From assembly GCA_963823665.1 (NCBI GenBank), contig CAWGMQ010000010.1, positions 1,728,001 to 1,792,000 of the forward strand: DNA of 64,000 bases, in the 5' to 3' direction. Origin of the DNA: an uncultured Planctomycetota bacterium (GTDB lineage Bacteria > Planctomycetota > Planctomycetia > Isosphaerales > Isosphaeraceae). The position numbers were made by a program, and so were the translations under genes. The notes under the pieces are model-generated. The model saw only the letters and a program-made list of their open reading frames with translations, ran no database searches and was not told the origin of the DNA. Shown here piece after piece: positions 10,980 through 20,789 of the stretch; the stretch's first letter is position 1; each line of letters begins with the position of its first letter.

Positions 10980-11389
10980 CGGATAATTCCTTTGTCAAGT
11001 TCGTGTTTGATGCTGGACAGGATCGCGGAAATAGCGCGTTTGTCAGCGGCGTTCAAATCGGCCGTCTCGTTCTTGGCGAAGATGGTAACGAGTACCGCAA
11101 TTCCATACTCAGGAAAGTGCGAAAAACAGACACGAAAGCTCTCCCTTTTGCTCAGATTGGAGTCGTGAGCGGCGAAGCGAAGCTTACGCAGACCTCCCGT
11201 GCCTTGGATTACCGGGAAACGCTCGGGCCCCGCCATGATCGCAATCTGCAACGCGTTCAGCTCCCTATCCCGGAGCTTGAATCGCGCCCACTTGTTATCG
11301 AAGGGCGGCAAGTGAATGAAACGCAACCAATCTGTAGGTTTAAAAAGCTCCGGTGGATACTGCACTGTGTGCGTTTCCTTGCGATGCAT
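10976..11389 (-). CDS. RelE/HigB-like toxin
   Basis: PVIQGTGGLRKLRFA...RVCF...LVTIFAKNETADL. It overlaps the antitoxin start, in toxin-first order. Confidence 0.8.
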   Translation of the reverse strand: MHRKETHTVQYPPELFKPTDWLRFIHLPPFDNKWARFKLRDRELNALQIAIMAGPERFPVIQGTGGLRKLRFAAHDSNLSKRESFRVCFSHFPEYGIAVLVTIFAKNETADLNAADKRAISAILSSIKHELDKGIIR

Positions 11390-11558
11390 GCAAGAGGTTC
11401 ATCTCTTCTACCTCCGCTTGCACCAAGCGTTTTCTGCGCCTGCATACCGACAGATTCGATTTCAGAATCGGCAGTCTGCGCTCCGGAACTATAATAATCA
11501 GTAGCATAGTAGGCTCAGAAAGTCTACTAATGGGTACTACGTTTCGCAGGGGCACATC

Positions 11559-11592
11559 GCAGATACGCTCTGAAAGCAGATACGCTCTGAAA
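11559..11592. repeat. Perfect 17-bp tandem duplication
   Basis: gcagatacgctctgaaa x2. Confidence 0.9.
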
Positions 11593-11636
11593 TCGTGCGA
11601 AAATGAAGCGACGCCTCTAGGACGCTCCCCCGATCG

Positions 11637-11665
11637 TTGACAAACGTAATCGAATCGATTACATT
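11637..11665 (+). promoter_or_regulatory. Sigma70 promoter with an overlapping palindromic operator (probable BlaI box)
   Basis: TTGACA (11637-42), 17 nt, TACATT (11660-65). Perfect inverted repeat GTAATCGA-A-TCGATTAC at 11646-11662. Confidence 0.8.
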
Positions 11666-11743
11666 CCCAGACGGCTGGAGAATCCATCAACCGTGGCCAA
11701 CACGCGGCTTCCCGCTGCCCGTTCAGATCAAGAGGCCGATCCA

Positions 11744-12148
11744 ATGAGTTCCGGCGAGCGAAAAGACCTATCCAAAGCAGAATGGAAGGTCATGAAAATC
11801 GTCTGGGAGCTGCAGAAGGCAATGGCCCGCGAAGTCTACACGCTCGCCGGTGAGCAATACTCCTGGACTCCCGCCACCGTCAAAACGATCCTCAAGCGTC
11901 TGGTCGACAAGGGTTACTTATCAACCACGCGCGTGGGGAACGGGTTCGTCTACCGCCCGGCACAGTCGGCGCTGGCAACGCTCCAATCCGCGGCCGATAC
12001 ATTGATGACGAACGTCGTCAATGACGTGACTGGCCCACTGCTCGTTCATATGGTCGAACGCGTGCCGCTGAATGAAGGCGACCTCGACTCACTTCAGAAG
12101 CTCATCGACGCCAAGAAGAAATCCTTGAAGAAGCGCGGAGACCGGTAG
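11744..12148 (+). CDS. BlaI/MecI/CopY family repressor
   Basis: LSKAEWKVMKIVW...WTPATVKTILKRLVDKGYL...FVYRP. Confidence 0.92.
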   Translation: MSSGERKDLSKAEWKVMKIVWELQKAMAREVYTLAGEQYSWTPATVKTILKRLVDKGYLSTTRVGNGFVYRPAQSALATLQSAADTLMTNVVNDVTGPLLVHMVERVPLNEGDLDSLQKLIDAKKKSLKKRGDR

Positions 12149-12166
12149 GCTGTAAAGGTCTCCAGC

Positions 12167-15100
12167 ATGGGAGACGCGCTGATGATGAACATCCTGATCG
12201 ACTCCGCAAATTCCGCGGCCGGCCGCTGGGCGCCGTGGGTCGTCGCCGCATCCCTGGATGCGGCCCTGTTACTCGGCTTGATCGGGCTGGTGTGGGGTGC
12301 CATTCACAACCGCGTCGCGCCTCAGGTCGGCTACCTGCTCTTTCTCCTGGTTCCACTCAAGTTGCTTGTGCCGGTAGTCGTGACGCTCCCGGCCGAACTG
12401 GCGCGCTGGACGCCGTCGGGGCTAATGTCGTCATGGCTCCGATCAGCTCACGGCCCCGAGCAGATTTTAAGCCGGCCGCTGGTGGCACCGCCCATCGCTA
12501 CGGCGCGCACGGAATCCGCCGCGCCCTCCCAGCCCGGTTTCGCCCCTGGCTCGCGGTCACAGTCCGCCATGCCCGGTTCGAATCAAGAGCGATCCTCCGC
12601 GGAATTCCGATCCCCGCCGGCAGTCGAGCCCTGCGCGCGCGTGTCAGACCCAAAGGTAATCGACGCTCGCCGCCTGTCGACAACCGCCATGGTCATGATC
12701 GGCTGGCTGGCCGGTGTCCTGTTGCTGCTGGGACGGCTGGTCGTCACCCAACTTCGTTTTTGCGCATGGCTTCAGCATGGTCGTCCGCTCGATGAGTCGA
12801 CCATGGCCATCGACGTGCCCGAGCTGTGTCGCCGCGCAGGAGTGTCCGCGACGATCCGGATCGTGGAGCTCGATGGCATCGCCGCGCCCGCGGTGTGGGG
12901 CTTTGCTCGGCCCACGATCATCTTGCCGCAAGGACTTACCGCGTCTCTGAAGCCAGACCAACTGCGATGGGTCCTGTATCACGAGCTGGCCCATGTTCGT
13001 CGCTATGATCTGATCGTCGTCACGATGCAGCGGCTCGCGGCCGTCCTGCACTTCTTCAATCCGTCTATCTGGATCGCGAATCGCATGATCCATCAACTGC
13101 GCGAATACGCTTGCGACGATCTCGCGGTCACCATGAGCCAGGCGTCGGCAGTCGAGTCGGGCGAAGCGTTCTTGCAGATCTTGCGGCATGCCGATGGTCG
13201 CCGCCGCGGTATGAACGGGGCTCTCGGCGTCTTCGGCCTGGATTCGCGCGCCGCCTGTTTCCGCCGGGTTCACCGGTTGGTGGATGCCGAACGGTCGATC
13301 CGCCCCGCACCAGGGGCGTGGTCGCTGTGGGCCTTGATTTTCCTCGCCGTCATCTTGCTACCTCAGCTTCGCGCCGCCGGTGATGCCACTCCAGCCCGGT
13401 CCCAGAATCCCGCCACGGAATCGACGACGCCGGGCCAAGTGAACGCGAAGCAAACGACCAGCGATGCCCAGCCTCGAAAGGCTCAAGAATTCGCGCTGCG
13501 CGTCGTCGGGCCGGATGGGAAACCAGTACCGCGGGCCGTCGTCGAGCTTTACACTTATCCTGATCCTGTAATCGAAGAAGTGCGCCGGGGCAAGCTCGTC
13601 AAGCGTGAATCGAACGACGTGCTGGTGGCGACGGATGATCAGGGCGGGCTCGCGGTCGTGCTTCGGCAGGCGCCGATTAATTTCAATGTATATATCGAAA
13701 TTCCCGGCTACGGACCCTACTGCACGCGCTGGTCGTCGGAAGAGCATGCCGAGCCGATCCCGCCTCACTTCACGGCCGAGCTGGACGCGGCCTGGTCAAT
13801 CGGGGGAATCGTCGTCGACGCCGAAGGTAAACCCATCACGGGTGCCATCGTCTGGCCCAGTTTGGAATTCAAGAACCGTCCCGGCGACACTCAGCAGGGG
13901 TTTATCGGCACCAGGCTGAAGACCGATGCCGCGGGCCGGTGGCAGTTCGACAGCGTACCGGTCTCGTTAACTGATGTTCACGTGAACATCGATCATCCGA
14001 GCTTCCAGCCGGTGCGAAGGAAGTTGACACGCACGGAGTTTGGTGTCGAGCGCGGTCGACAACCGGCAGCCAGGCTCGTTCTGGATCGTGGCCTGACGGT
14101 CTTCGGCAAGGTCACCGACGAAGCGGGAAAGCCGATCCCGGGTGCCCTGGTGCGGACGAAGTATCTCAACAACATCCGCAAAGCGAAGACAGGAACCGAC
14201 GGCGCGTACCGGTTGCTCGGTTGCGAACCGGTCGCAACCCAGATCGTGGTTTCCGCCAAGGGCCGGGCCACCGACATGAAGGAGCTGAGTATCGCCCTGG
14301 ATATGGGACCGATTGATTTCCAGATGAAGCCCGGCGGCACCGTGCGCATTCGCGTGCTGGATGAGAAGGGTAACCCGGTTCCCAAGGCGCGCATCTTCTT
14401 CCAGCAGTGGCGCGTCCCCTTCTTCAAATACTTCGAGTTCGACCACGTTAGCCCGTATTCCGACGAGAATGGAATCTGGGTGTGGAATGAAGCGCCGCTC
14501 GACGAATTCAAAGCGGATATCTGCCGTCCAGGCGGGATGCAACTGCCGCGACAGTCACTGGTCGCCCGGGCGGAGGAGTACGTGTTTCGCGTGCCCGGTG
14601 CGCTGGTGGTCTCCGGCGATGTCATCGACGCCGCGACCCGAAAGCCGATCCCGGAGTTTCGCGTCGTCCCCGGGGGAGCAGACAACCAGGAGCCCGTATT
14701 CTGGAGGAGGAACCAGAGCTTCACGGCCAGGGGCGGTCAATACCGGATTGAAGAGACCCGGGGTGGTTCCGTTAATCTGATTCGTATCGAAGCGGAAGGA
14801 TATCAGCCAGCGATTTCGCGTGAAATAAAGAGCGACGAGGGAGCGATCTCGATCAATTTCGAGCTCAAGCGCGGGACGGGCATCGTCGCCAAAGTGGTTA
14901 CTCCGCGCAACCTCCCCGCGGCGGGGGCCAAGGTCGCGCTGGGTGTTCCAGGATCGCAGATCAGCGTCAAGAACGGTGAAATCAGTGATATTCAAACATA
15001 CTGTGCGCGAAACCACCGACAACGCCGGCGGTTTCCACTTCCCCCCGCAGGACAAGGACTTTCAGCTTGTGATCACGCACCCCTCGGGCTTCGCTCATAT

Positions 15101-15766
15101 CAGATCGACACCCGAATGGGATTTAGCGCGGATCATCCATCTGGAGCCATGGTCGAGGGTGGAAGGGACGTTTCGGATCGGCAAGGCGGCGGTCGCGAAT
15201 GTAGCGATCGGTATTGACGTCGTTCGCCTGGGGTCTTTCGGAAGGAACGGACCGACAATCTTCTCGCAACACCAAGCCACGAGCGGTTCCGACGGCCGGT
15301 TTGTCTTTGAGCGCGTCATCCCGGGCCGAGGACGGATTGGTCGGAGCCTCATGCTGATGGCGGATGAAGGCGCCAGGGAAGTGACCTCAACGTGCAAGAT
15401 TGCCGCGAGTTTCCCCGCCGGTCAAACCGTTCACATCGATCTCGGGGGAACCGGTCGAGCGGTGGTCGGCAAGCTGCAACCGCCCGAGGGGTTCCCCGGG
15501 AAGGTCCGCTGGAATTTCGCGATAGTCCATGTCCGGCCCGACGAGAAAGAGGAACGCGAAGATAGCCCGTTCATCATGGCCACCGTAGACCAAGACGGCA
15601 AATTCCGCATCGACGACGTGCCCGCCGGCCAGTATTCACTCAGCGTTCGGTTCGACCGGGATGGTGCAGGCCGTCTGGATCAGTACCGCTTCGCCGTGCA
15701 GCAAACCAATGAGGGCGCGCGGCGCAGCCGGTCGATCTGGGAACGCTGAAGCTACAGGAGCCTTGA
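12167..15766 (+). CDS. BlaR1-like M56 peptidase with carboxypeptidase-regulatory-like repeats (frameshifts near 15007 and 15720)
   Basis: TM segments, HELAHVRR zinc motif, REYACDD, and repeated GxVxDxxGKPIxGA domains. ORFs 12167..15217 and 14943..15749 are joined. Confidence 0.88.
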
Positions 15767-15866
15767 CGCGGGGCGCACGGATGCACGGCAGCCACACGTG
15801 AATCGCAATTTCGCGATTGCCAGGCTCTCGCCGAGCCGCGCAGGCGTGGCTGCAGACTCCTGGAGC

Positions 15867-16208
15867 TCACGACGCTTCGTTTTTGCGCTCTGCAAGATTG
15901 AAGATGAGACCGAATGGATCGCGAACATAGCAACGAGGAACACTTGGGTCTTCATCTTCGATGCGACACCCGGCAGCGATCAGCCTTTTTTTTGCGATGC
16001 CCAGGTCCGAGACGTAAAACTCGAAGACCGGTCCGTAAGCGGGGCCCTGGGCAAGATAGAGGCAAAACGAGCCCGTCTCCAAGCCAACAAGCGTCTCAGT
16101 CCGGTGAGCAACTCGCAAACCGAGCACCGTCTCGTAGAAGCTCACCGCGTCGTTAAAGACTTCGCTCTGAATCAGAACGTCTCGCGATGACCGGGCCTCG
16201 AGCGTCAT
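15867..16208 (-). CDS. VOC/glyoxalase family protein
   Basis: AVSFYETVLGL...FEFYVSDL...YVRDPFGLIFNL. Confidence 0.8.
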   Translation of the reverse strand: MTLEARSSRDVLIQSEVFNDAVSFYETVLGLRVAHRTETLVGLETGSFCLYLAQGPAYGPVFEFYVSDLGIAKKRLIAAGCRIEDEDPSVPRCYVRDPFGLIFNLAERKNEAS

Positions 16209-16524
16209 TGTATTAACTCTGGTTTTGTGCGGCTTCGCCTGACGCCGTGATTTTGCGTGTCTCTTGCATGATTATGTTGGTTCGCGGCGGGCGAGGCAAG
16301 CACTGCGCGAAAACGTCGCCGCGCTTGTCGCACGCGGCGAACTCCTGGTATAACGAGCCTCTCTGACACGATCGTGGCCGCCCGCGCCACGATCATGTCG
16401 ACGCACCCGGGCCCCATTCCTTCAGAAGCGTCCTGACATTGATGCGAAGGGCTGTCCCTCCCGCGTGCTTGCGATGCGGCGTCTTGCCCTGACGTGATGT
16501 TGCCCTCTCCCAGGAGTTTCCCCG

Positions 16525-18546
16525 ATGCGGCAAGCACTCGTTCTCGTATACATGCTATGCAGCGCGGTCTCTCAGGCGGGTACTCAGGCGCCGCCGAAGG
16601 CCGTCGTAACGGGGCTCACGAACCCGGAGTCGGTCGTGGTAGATCCACAGGGACAGGTCTTCGTCTCGGTCATGGGCGAGGCCGACCGCGACGGTGACGG
16701 CGCCGTCCTCAAGATCGATCATGGTAAAGCAGTTCCGTTCGCCTCGGGTTTCGATGACCCGAAGGGGTTGGTGGCGTACGACCGTTGGCTCTTCGTGGCC
16801 GACAAGCATCAGGTCTGGCGGATCGACGGCGAGGGCAAAGCGGAGGTCCTCGCGCCCACGTCGGCATTCCCCACGCCCCCGCTGCTACTCAACGATCTGG
16901 CGGTCGATGTCGAGACCGGCACTCTTTATGTAACGGATTCGGGAGACTTGAAGGGAGCGGGTGGGGCGGTCTACCGGATCTCGCCGAAGGGCGCTGTGAG
17001 CCTGATCCTGGACAAGAAGCGAGTTCCGGACCTGCACACGCCGAACGGCTTGCTGCTCGACGGTGCTTCGCACCTTTTGCTGGCCGATTTCGGCACGGGC
17101 GCACTCTACCGTATCAAGCTGGTGGATCAGTCGATCGAGAAGATCGCCGATGGCTTGGGGTCCGCAGATGGCCTTGCGTGGGACCAGTTCGGTCGCCTTT
17201 TCGTGAGCGACTGGAAGGGAGGTCGCGTCTTCGTGATCGCGCGGCCCGGAGCAAAGCCCGTGCTCCTGGCCCAGGGGCTCACAAATGCGGCCGATCTCAC
17301 CGTGGAATCCGCAACAAAGCGGCTCTTGATTCCCGACATGGGTGGCGGCAAGATCGCCGCGGTGGCGATCACCGCTCCAGGCTCGGAGGTCAACGAGGAA
17401 CCGCTTTCGTTGCAAACGAGTGTGGCCTTCCCCAACCTGCAGTGGGCCGGTTGGAAAGGCGAAACCGACGATGGCCGCGTCAATACCCTGCGGCCGGTGG
17501 TGCTGACCCATGCCGGCGACGGTTCGAACCGAATCTTTGTCGGCACGCAGCACGGCGTGATCCATGTTTTCCCCAACGACCAGGCGGCGACCCAGACCAC
17601 CCTTTGCCTGGATATTCAGGATCGAGTTTCTTACAAGGACGAAACCAACGAGGAAGGTTTCCTGGGACTCACGTTCCACCCTCGTTTCAAGGAAAACGGT
17701 TATTTCTACGTCTTCTATACGTCGAAGTCGGAACGGCTGACGAACATCGTATCGCGATTCCAGTTGCGCAAGGGTGACCCCAACCAGGTCGACCCGGCCT
17801 CCGAGGTGGAGATCATGTGCTTCAAAAAACCTTACTGGAACCACGACGGCGGCACGATCATCTTCGGTCCGGACGGCTTCCTTTACGTCACGCACGGCGA
17901 CGGCGGTGCCGGCAACGACCCCCACGAGAACGGCCAGAATCTCGGGACGTTGCTTGGAAAGGTGCTTCGCATCGACGTTGACCACCGCGAAGGCGGCAAG
18001 AATTACGCAATCCCCAAGGACAACCCCTTCGTCGACCGTCCTGGCGCCCGCCCCGAGATCTGGGCTTATGGCATTCGCAACATCTGGCGCATGGCGTTCG
18101 ATCGCAAGACCGGCCAGCTCTGGGCGGGCGAGGTCGGCCAGAACCTCTGGGAGGAAATTGACATCATCGTCAAGGGTGGCAATTATGGCTGGAACCTCCG
18201 CGAGTCGCTGCACCCGTTCGGGCAAAAAGGGGTTGGCCCCCGGCCCGAACTGATTGACCCGATCTGGGAGTACTACCACTTCGACACGGGCAAATCGATT
18301 ACCGGGGGCAGCGTCTACCGTGGAACTCGGCTGCCCGAGCTGGATGGAGCTTATCTTTACGCTGATTACGTGAGTGGTCGTCTCTGGGCGCTGCGTTATG
18401 ATGAGACACAACGGCGCGTCGTCGAGAACCGTCCCATCCCCTCGCGCGGCCTGCCCGTCCTGTCATTCGGCGAGGACGAGCGAGGTGAGATCTATTTCCT
18501 GACCACCACCGTCACCGGCAAAGGAATCTATTGGTTCACCAAGTGA
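16525..18546 (+). CDS. Secreted SMP-30/gluconolactonase-like propeller fused to a PQQ-dependent glucose/sorbosone dehydrogenase domain
   Basis: Signal peptide; PES, LNDL, PNGL and DGL propeller motifs; then EEGFLGLTFHP, NHDGG, GDGG, LGKVLRID, EIWAYGIRN, GGNYGW. Confidence 0.88.
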   Translation: MRQALVLVYMLCSAVSQAGTQAPPKAVVTGLTNPESVVVDPQGQVFVSVMGEADRDGDGAVLKIDHGKAVPFASGFDDPKGLVAYDRWLFVADKHQVWRIDGEGKAEVLAPTSAFPTPPLLLNDLAVDVETGTLYVTDSGDLKGAGGAVYRISPKGAVSLILDKKRVPDLHTPNGLLLDGASHLLLADFGTGALYRIKLVDQSIEKIADGLGSADGLAWDQFGRLFVSDWKGGRVFVIARPGAKPVLLAQGLTNAADLTVESATKRLLIPDMGGGKIAAVAITAPGSEVNEEPLSLQTSVAFPNLQWAGWKGETDDGRVNTLRPVVLTHAGDGSNRIFVGTQHGVIHVFPNDQAATQTTLCLDIQDRVSYKDETNEEGFLGLTFHPRFKENGYFYVFYTSKSERLTNIVSRFQLRKGDPNQVDPASEVEIMCFKKPYWNHDGGTIIFGPDGFLYVTHGDGGAGNDPHENGQNLGTLLGKVLRIDVDHREGGKNYAIPKDNPFVDRPGARPEIWAYGIRNIWRMAFDRKTGQLWAGEVGQNLWEEIDIIVKGGNYGWNLRESLHPFGQKGVGPRPELIDPIWEYYHFDTGKSITGGSVYRGTRLPELDGAYLYADYVSGRLWALRYDETQRRVVENRPIPSRGLPVLSFGEDERGEIYFLTTTVTGKGIYWFTK

Positions 18547-18601
18547 TCGCGCGGCGGACCGAGTACGAACGGCGCGTGGTCGGCGTGGGAGCGGATGTGC
18601 C

Positions 18602-20042
18602 GTGAAGTCAGTTACGATCATCGGCGGCGGATTCTGCGGCACTCTAACTGCCGTCAATCTAGCCCGCTTGAGTACCGATTCTCTACGCGTCAACATCGTG
18701 AACAAGCAGTATCCGCTCGGCCGCGGGGTCGCGTACGGGACGCCGCGCCCGGAACACCTGCTCAATGTGGTCGCCCGTAATATGTCGGCGTTCCCGGATG
18801 TGCCGTTGCATTTCGTCGAATGGCTTCGCAATCGGGCTGACTTCGCTGACATTCCGCTCGGGGATCTTCGCGAACAATTCGTTCCTCGTCGCGTTTTTGG
18901 GGACTATCTCCAGGACATCTTGTTCTGGCACGCACAACCCGTGGCCGGGCCGGCTAGGGTGCAGATTCACACGGTCGAAGACGAAGTCCTTGACGTTGCA
19001 CCGGCCGCGCAGCGCGGAAGTCGTGCTTGCCGGCGGCGACACCCTTCAGGCGGACCGAGTCGTTCTCGCCACGGGAAACCTTGCGCCGCACGAGCTTGCT
19101 TCCGGGGCTCTCGTACACGATCATCCCGCTTACTTCGCCAATCCGTGGTGCGGGTGGTACGAAAAACTACCAGACTCACATGAAGATATTCTGCTGGTCG
19201 GAACCGGCCTCACCATGATCGATGTCTTCTTGACGATTCGGAGCGCCGGGTGGTGCGGGACGATTTTTGCCCTTTCGCGCAATGGCCTTTTACCGCTTCC
19301 GCATTTCAAGGGGAGCGACTACTCGCAATTCCCACCGGACGATGTGGAATCATTGGGCCTGAGCAGGCTTGTGACCTTGATGGAAGAGCACTGCGCCCGG
19401 GTCCGGGCGGATGGGCTGAACCCGGCGGTGGTGGTTGACAAGCTTCGCCCGTTCACTCAGCGCATCTGGCGCAACTTCTCCGTCGCGGAACGGCTGGAGT
19501 TTTCTCGGCGTTTCCGTACCCGCTGGAACGTGGTCCGGCACCGCATCCCGCCTGCGGTCGCATCGCAGATTGAAGCCTCTCAGAAAGAGAAGACGCTTCG
19601 TATTCTCAAGGGAAGCCTTCAGGAAATCCGGGGCCACGGCGACCGGATACGCGCGTTAATCGACCCGGGAAACGGGCTGCCGTCGCACGAGCTCGTAGTG
19701 GGAACGCTGGTCAACTGCACCGGCCCCCGAGAGTCGGTGAACGATACGCCAGAGACGCTCTTCAGGAACTTGATTGGACGAGGACTCATTCGCCCAGACG
19801 AGCTCGACATGGGAATTGAGGTTACGCCAGACTTCGCCGTCGTTGACAAAGAAGGGCGAGCCTCAGATTATCTTTTTGCAATCGGTCCCTTGCTGAAGGG
19901 GACGCTTTGGGAGACGACTGCGGTTCCCGAGCTGCGCTCACAGGCTTATCAGATCGCAAAAGCCCTGATAACCCACGAAGAGCGGCACGAGCCGGAATGG
20001 GTGCAAGAGACGCCAGAGAATCTCGTGGAATACTACATCTAG
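18602..20042 (+). CDS. FAD/NAD(P)-binding oxidoreductase (YdhS-like), frameshift near 19015
   Basis: IIGGGFCG, GRGVAYGT, HLLNV, VLATGN, GTGLTMID, NCTGP, WETTAVPELR. Confidence 0.88.
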
Positions 20043-20122
20043 CGGCACGTTCTGCCCCAGCAAGTCGGCGGTGACCGGTTTTTGGTAGCGGCCAGTTCTC
20101 CGCCGGGGTATAACCGGACGGC

Positions 20123-20701
20123 ATGGCCGACGTCACGCAGATCTTGGCCGCCATCGAACAGGGCGACCGGCACGCCTCGGAGGAGCTGCTGCCGCTCGTC
20201 TACGACGAGCTGCGCAAGCTCGCCGCCGAGAAGCTGGCCCACGAACAGCCGGGTCAGACCCTGCAAGCGACCGCGCTGGTCCATGAGGCGTACCTCAGGC
20301 TGCTGGGCGGGAAGCAGACCCAGGATTGGGGCGGCCGCCGCCACTTCTTCGCCGCCGCCGCCGAGTCCATGCGCCGTATCCTGATCGACCGCGCCCGGCA
20401 CAAGCAGACCAAGAAGGCCGGGGGCGGCGGCCGCCGCCTCGACCTCGACGACATCGAGCCGATCCTGGAGGAGGAGAACGGCGACCGCTTACTCGCCCTG
20501 GACGAAGCCCTCCGGCAGCTCGAAGCGGAAGACCCGCGCAAGGCCGAGCTGGTCAAGCTCCGGTTCTTCGCCGGCCTCACCGCCCTACAGGCAGCCGCAG
20601 CGCTGGGCGTCTCCACCTCCACTGCCGAGAAGGACTGGGCGTACGCCCGGAGCTGGCTCCGGGTGGCGATCAACCGCATGTCGTCCGGCCACCAGCCCTG
20701 A
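20123..20701 (+). CDS. ECF sigma factor, TIGR02999/ECF43-like kinase-associated type (ECF-A)
   Basis: LLPLVYDELRKLA...QTLQATALVHEAYLRL...HFFAAAAESMRRILID...LVKLRFFAGL...DWAYARSWL. Confidence 0.93.
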   Translation: MADVTQILAAIEQGDRHASEELLPLVYDELRKLAAEKLAHEQPGQTLQATALVHEAYLRLLGGKQTQDWGGRRHFFAAAAESMRRILIDRARHKQTKKAGGGGRRLDLDDIEPILEEENGDRLLALDEALRQLEAEDPRKAELVKLRFFAGLTALQAAAALGVSTSTAEKDWAYARSWLRVAINRMSSGHQP

Positions 20702-20720
20702 CCGACCGCGAAAAAAAGCG

Positions 20721-20749
20721 TTACGGGTTCGGCCCCGGTTTCTCGCATT
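20721..20749 (+). promoter_or_regulatory. Putative ECF promoter, type A copy 1
   Basis: A-tract, then TTACGGG-N16-CGCATT. Confidence 0.65.
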
Positions 20750-20789
20750 AGGTTCTGGACGGGCCTCGCGGCCCGCTACTGAGGCTCCC

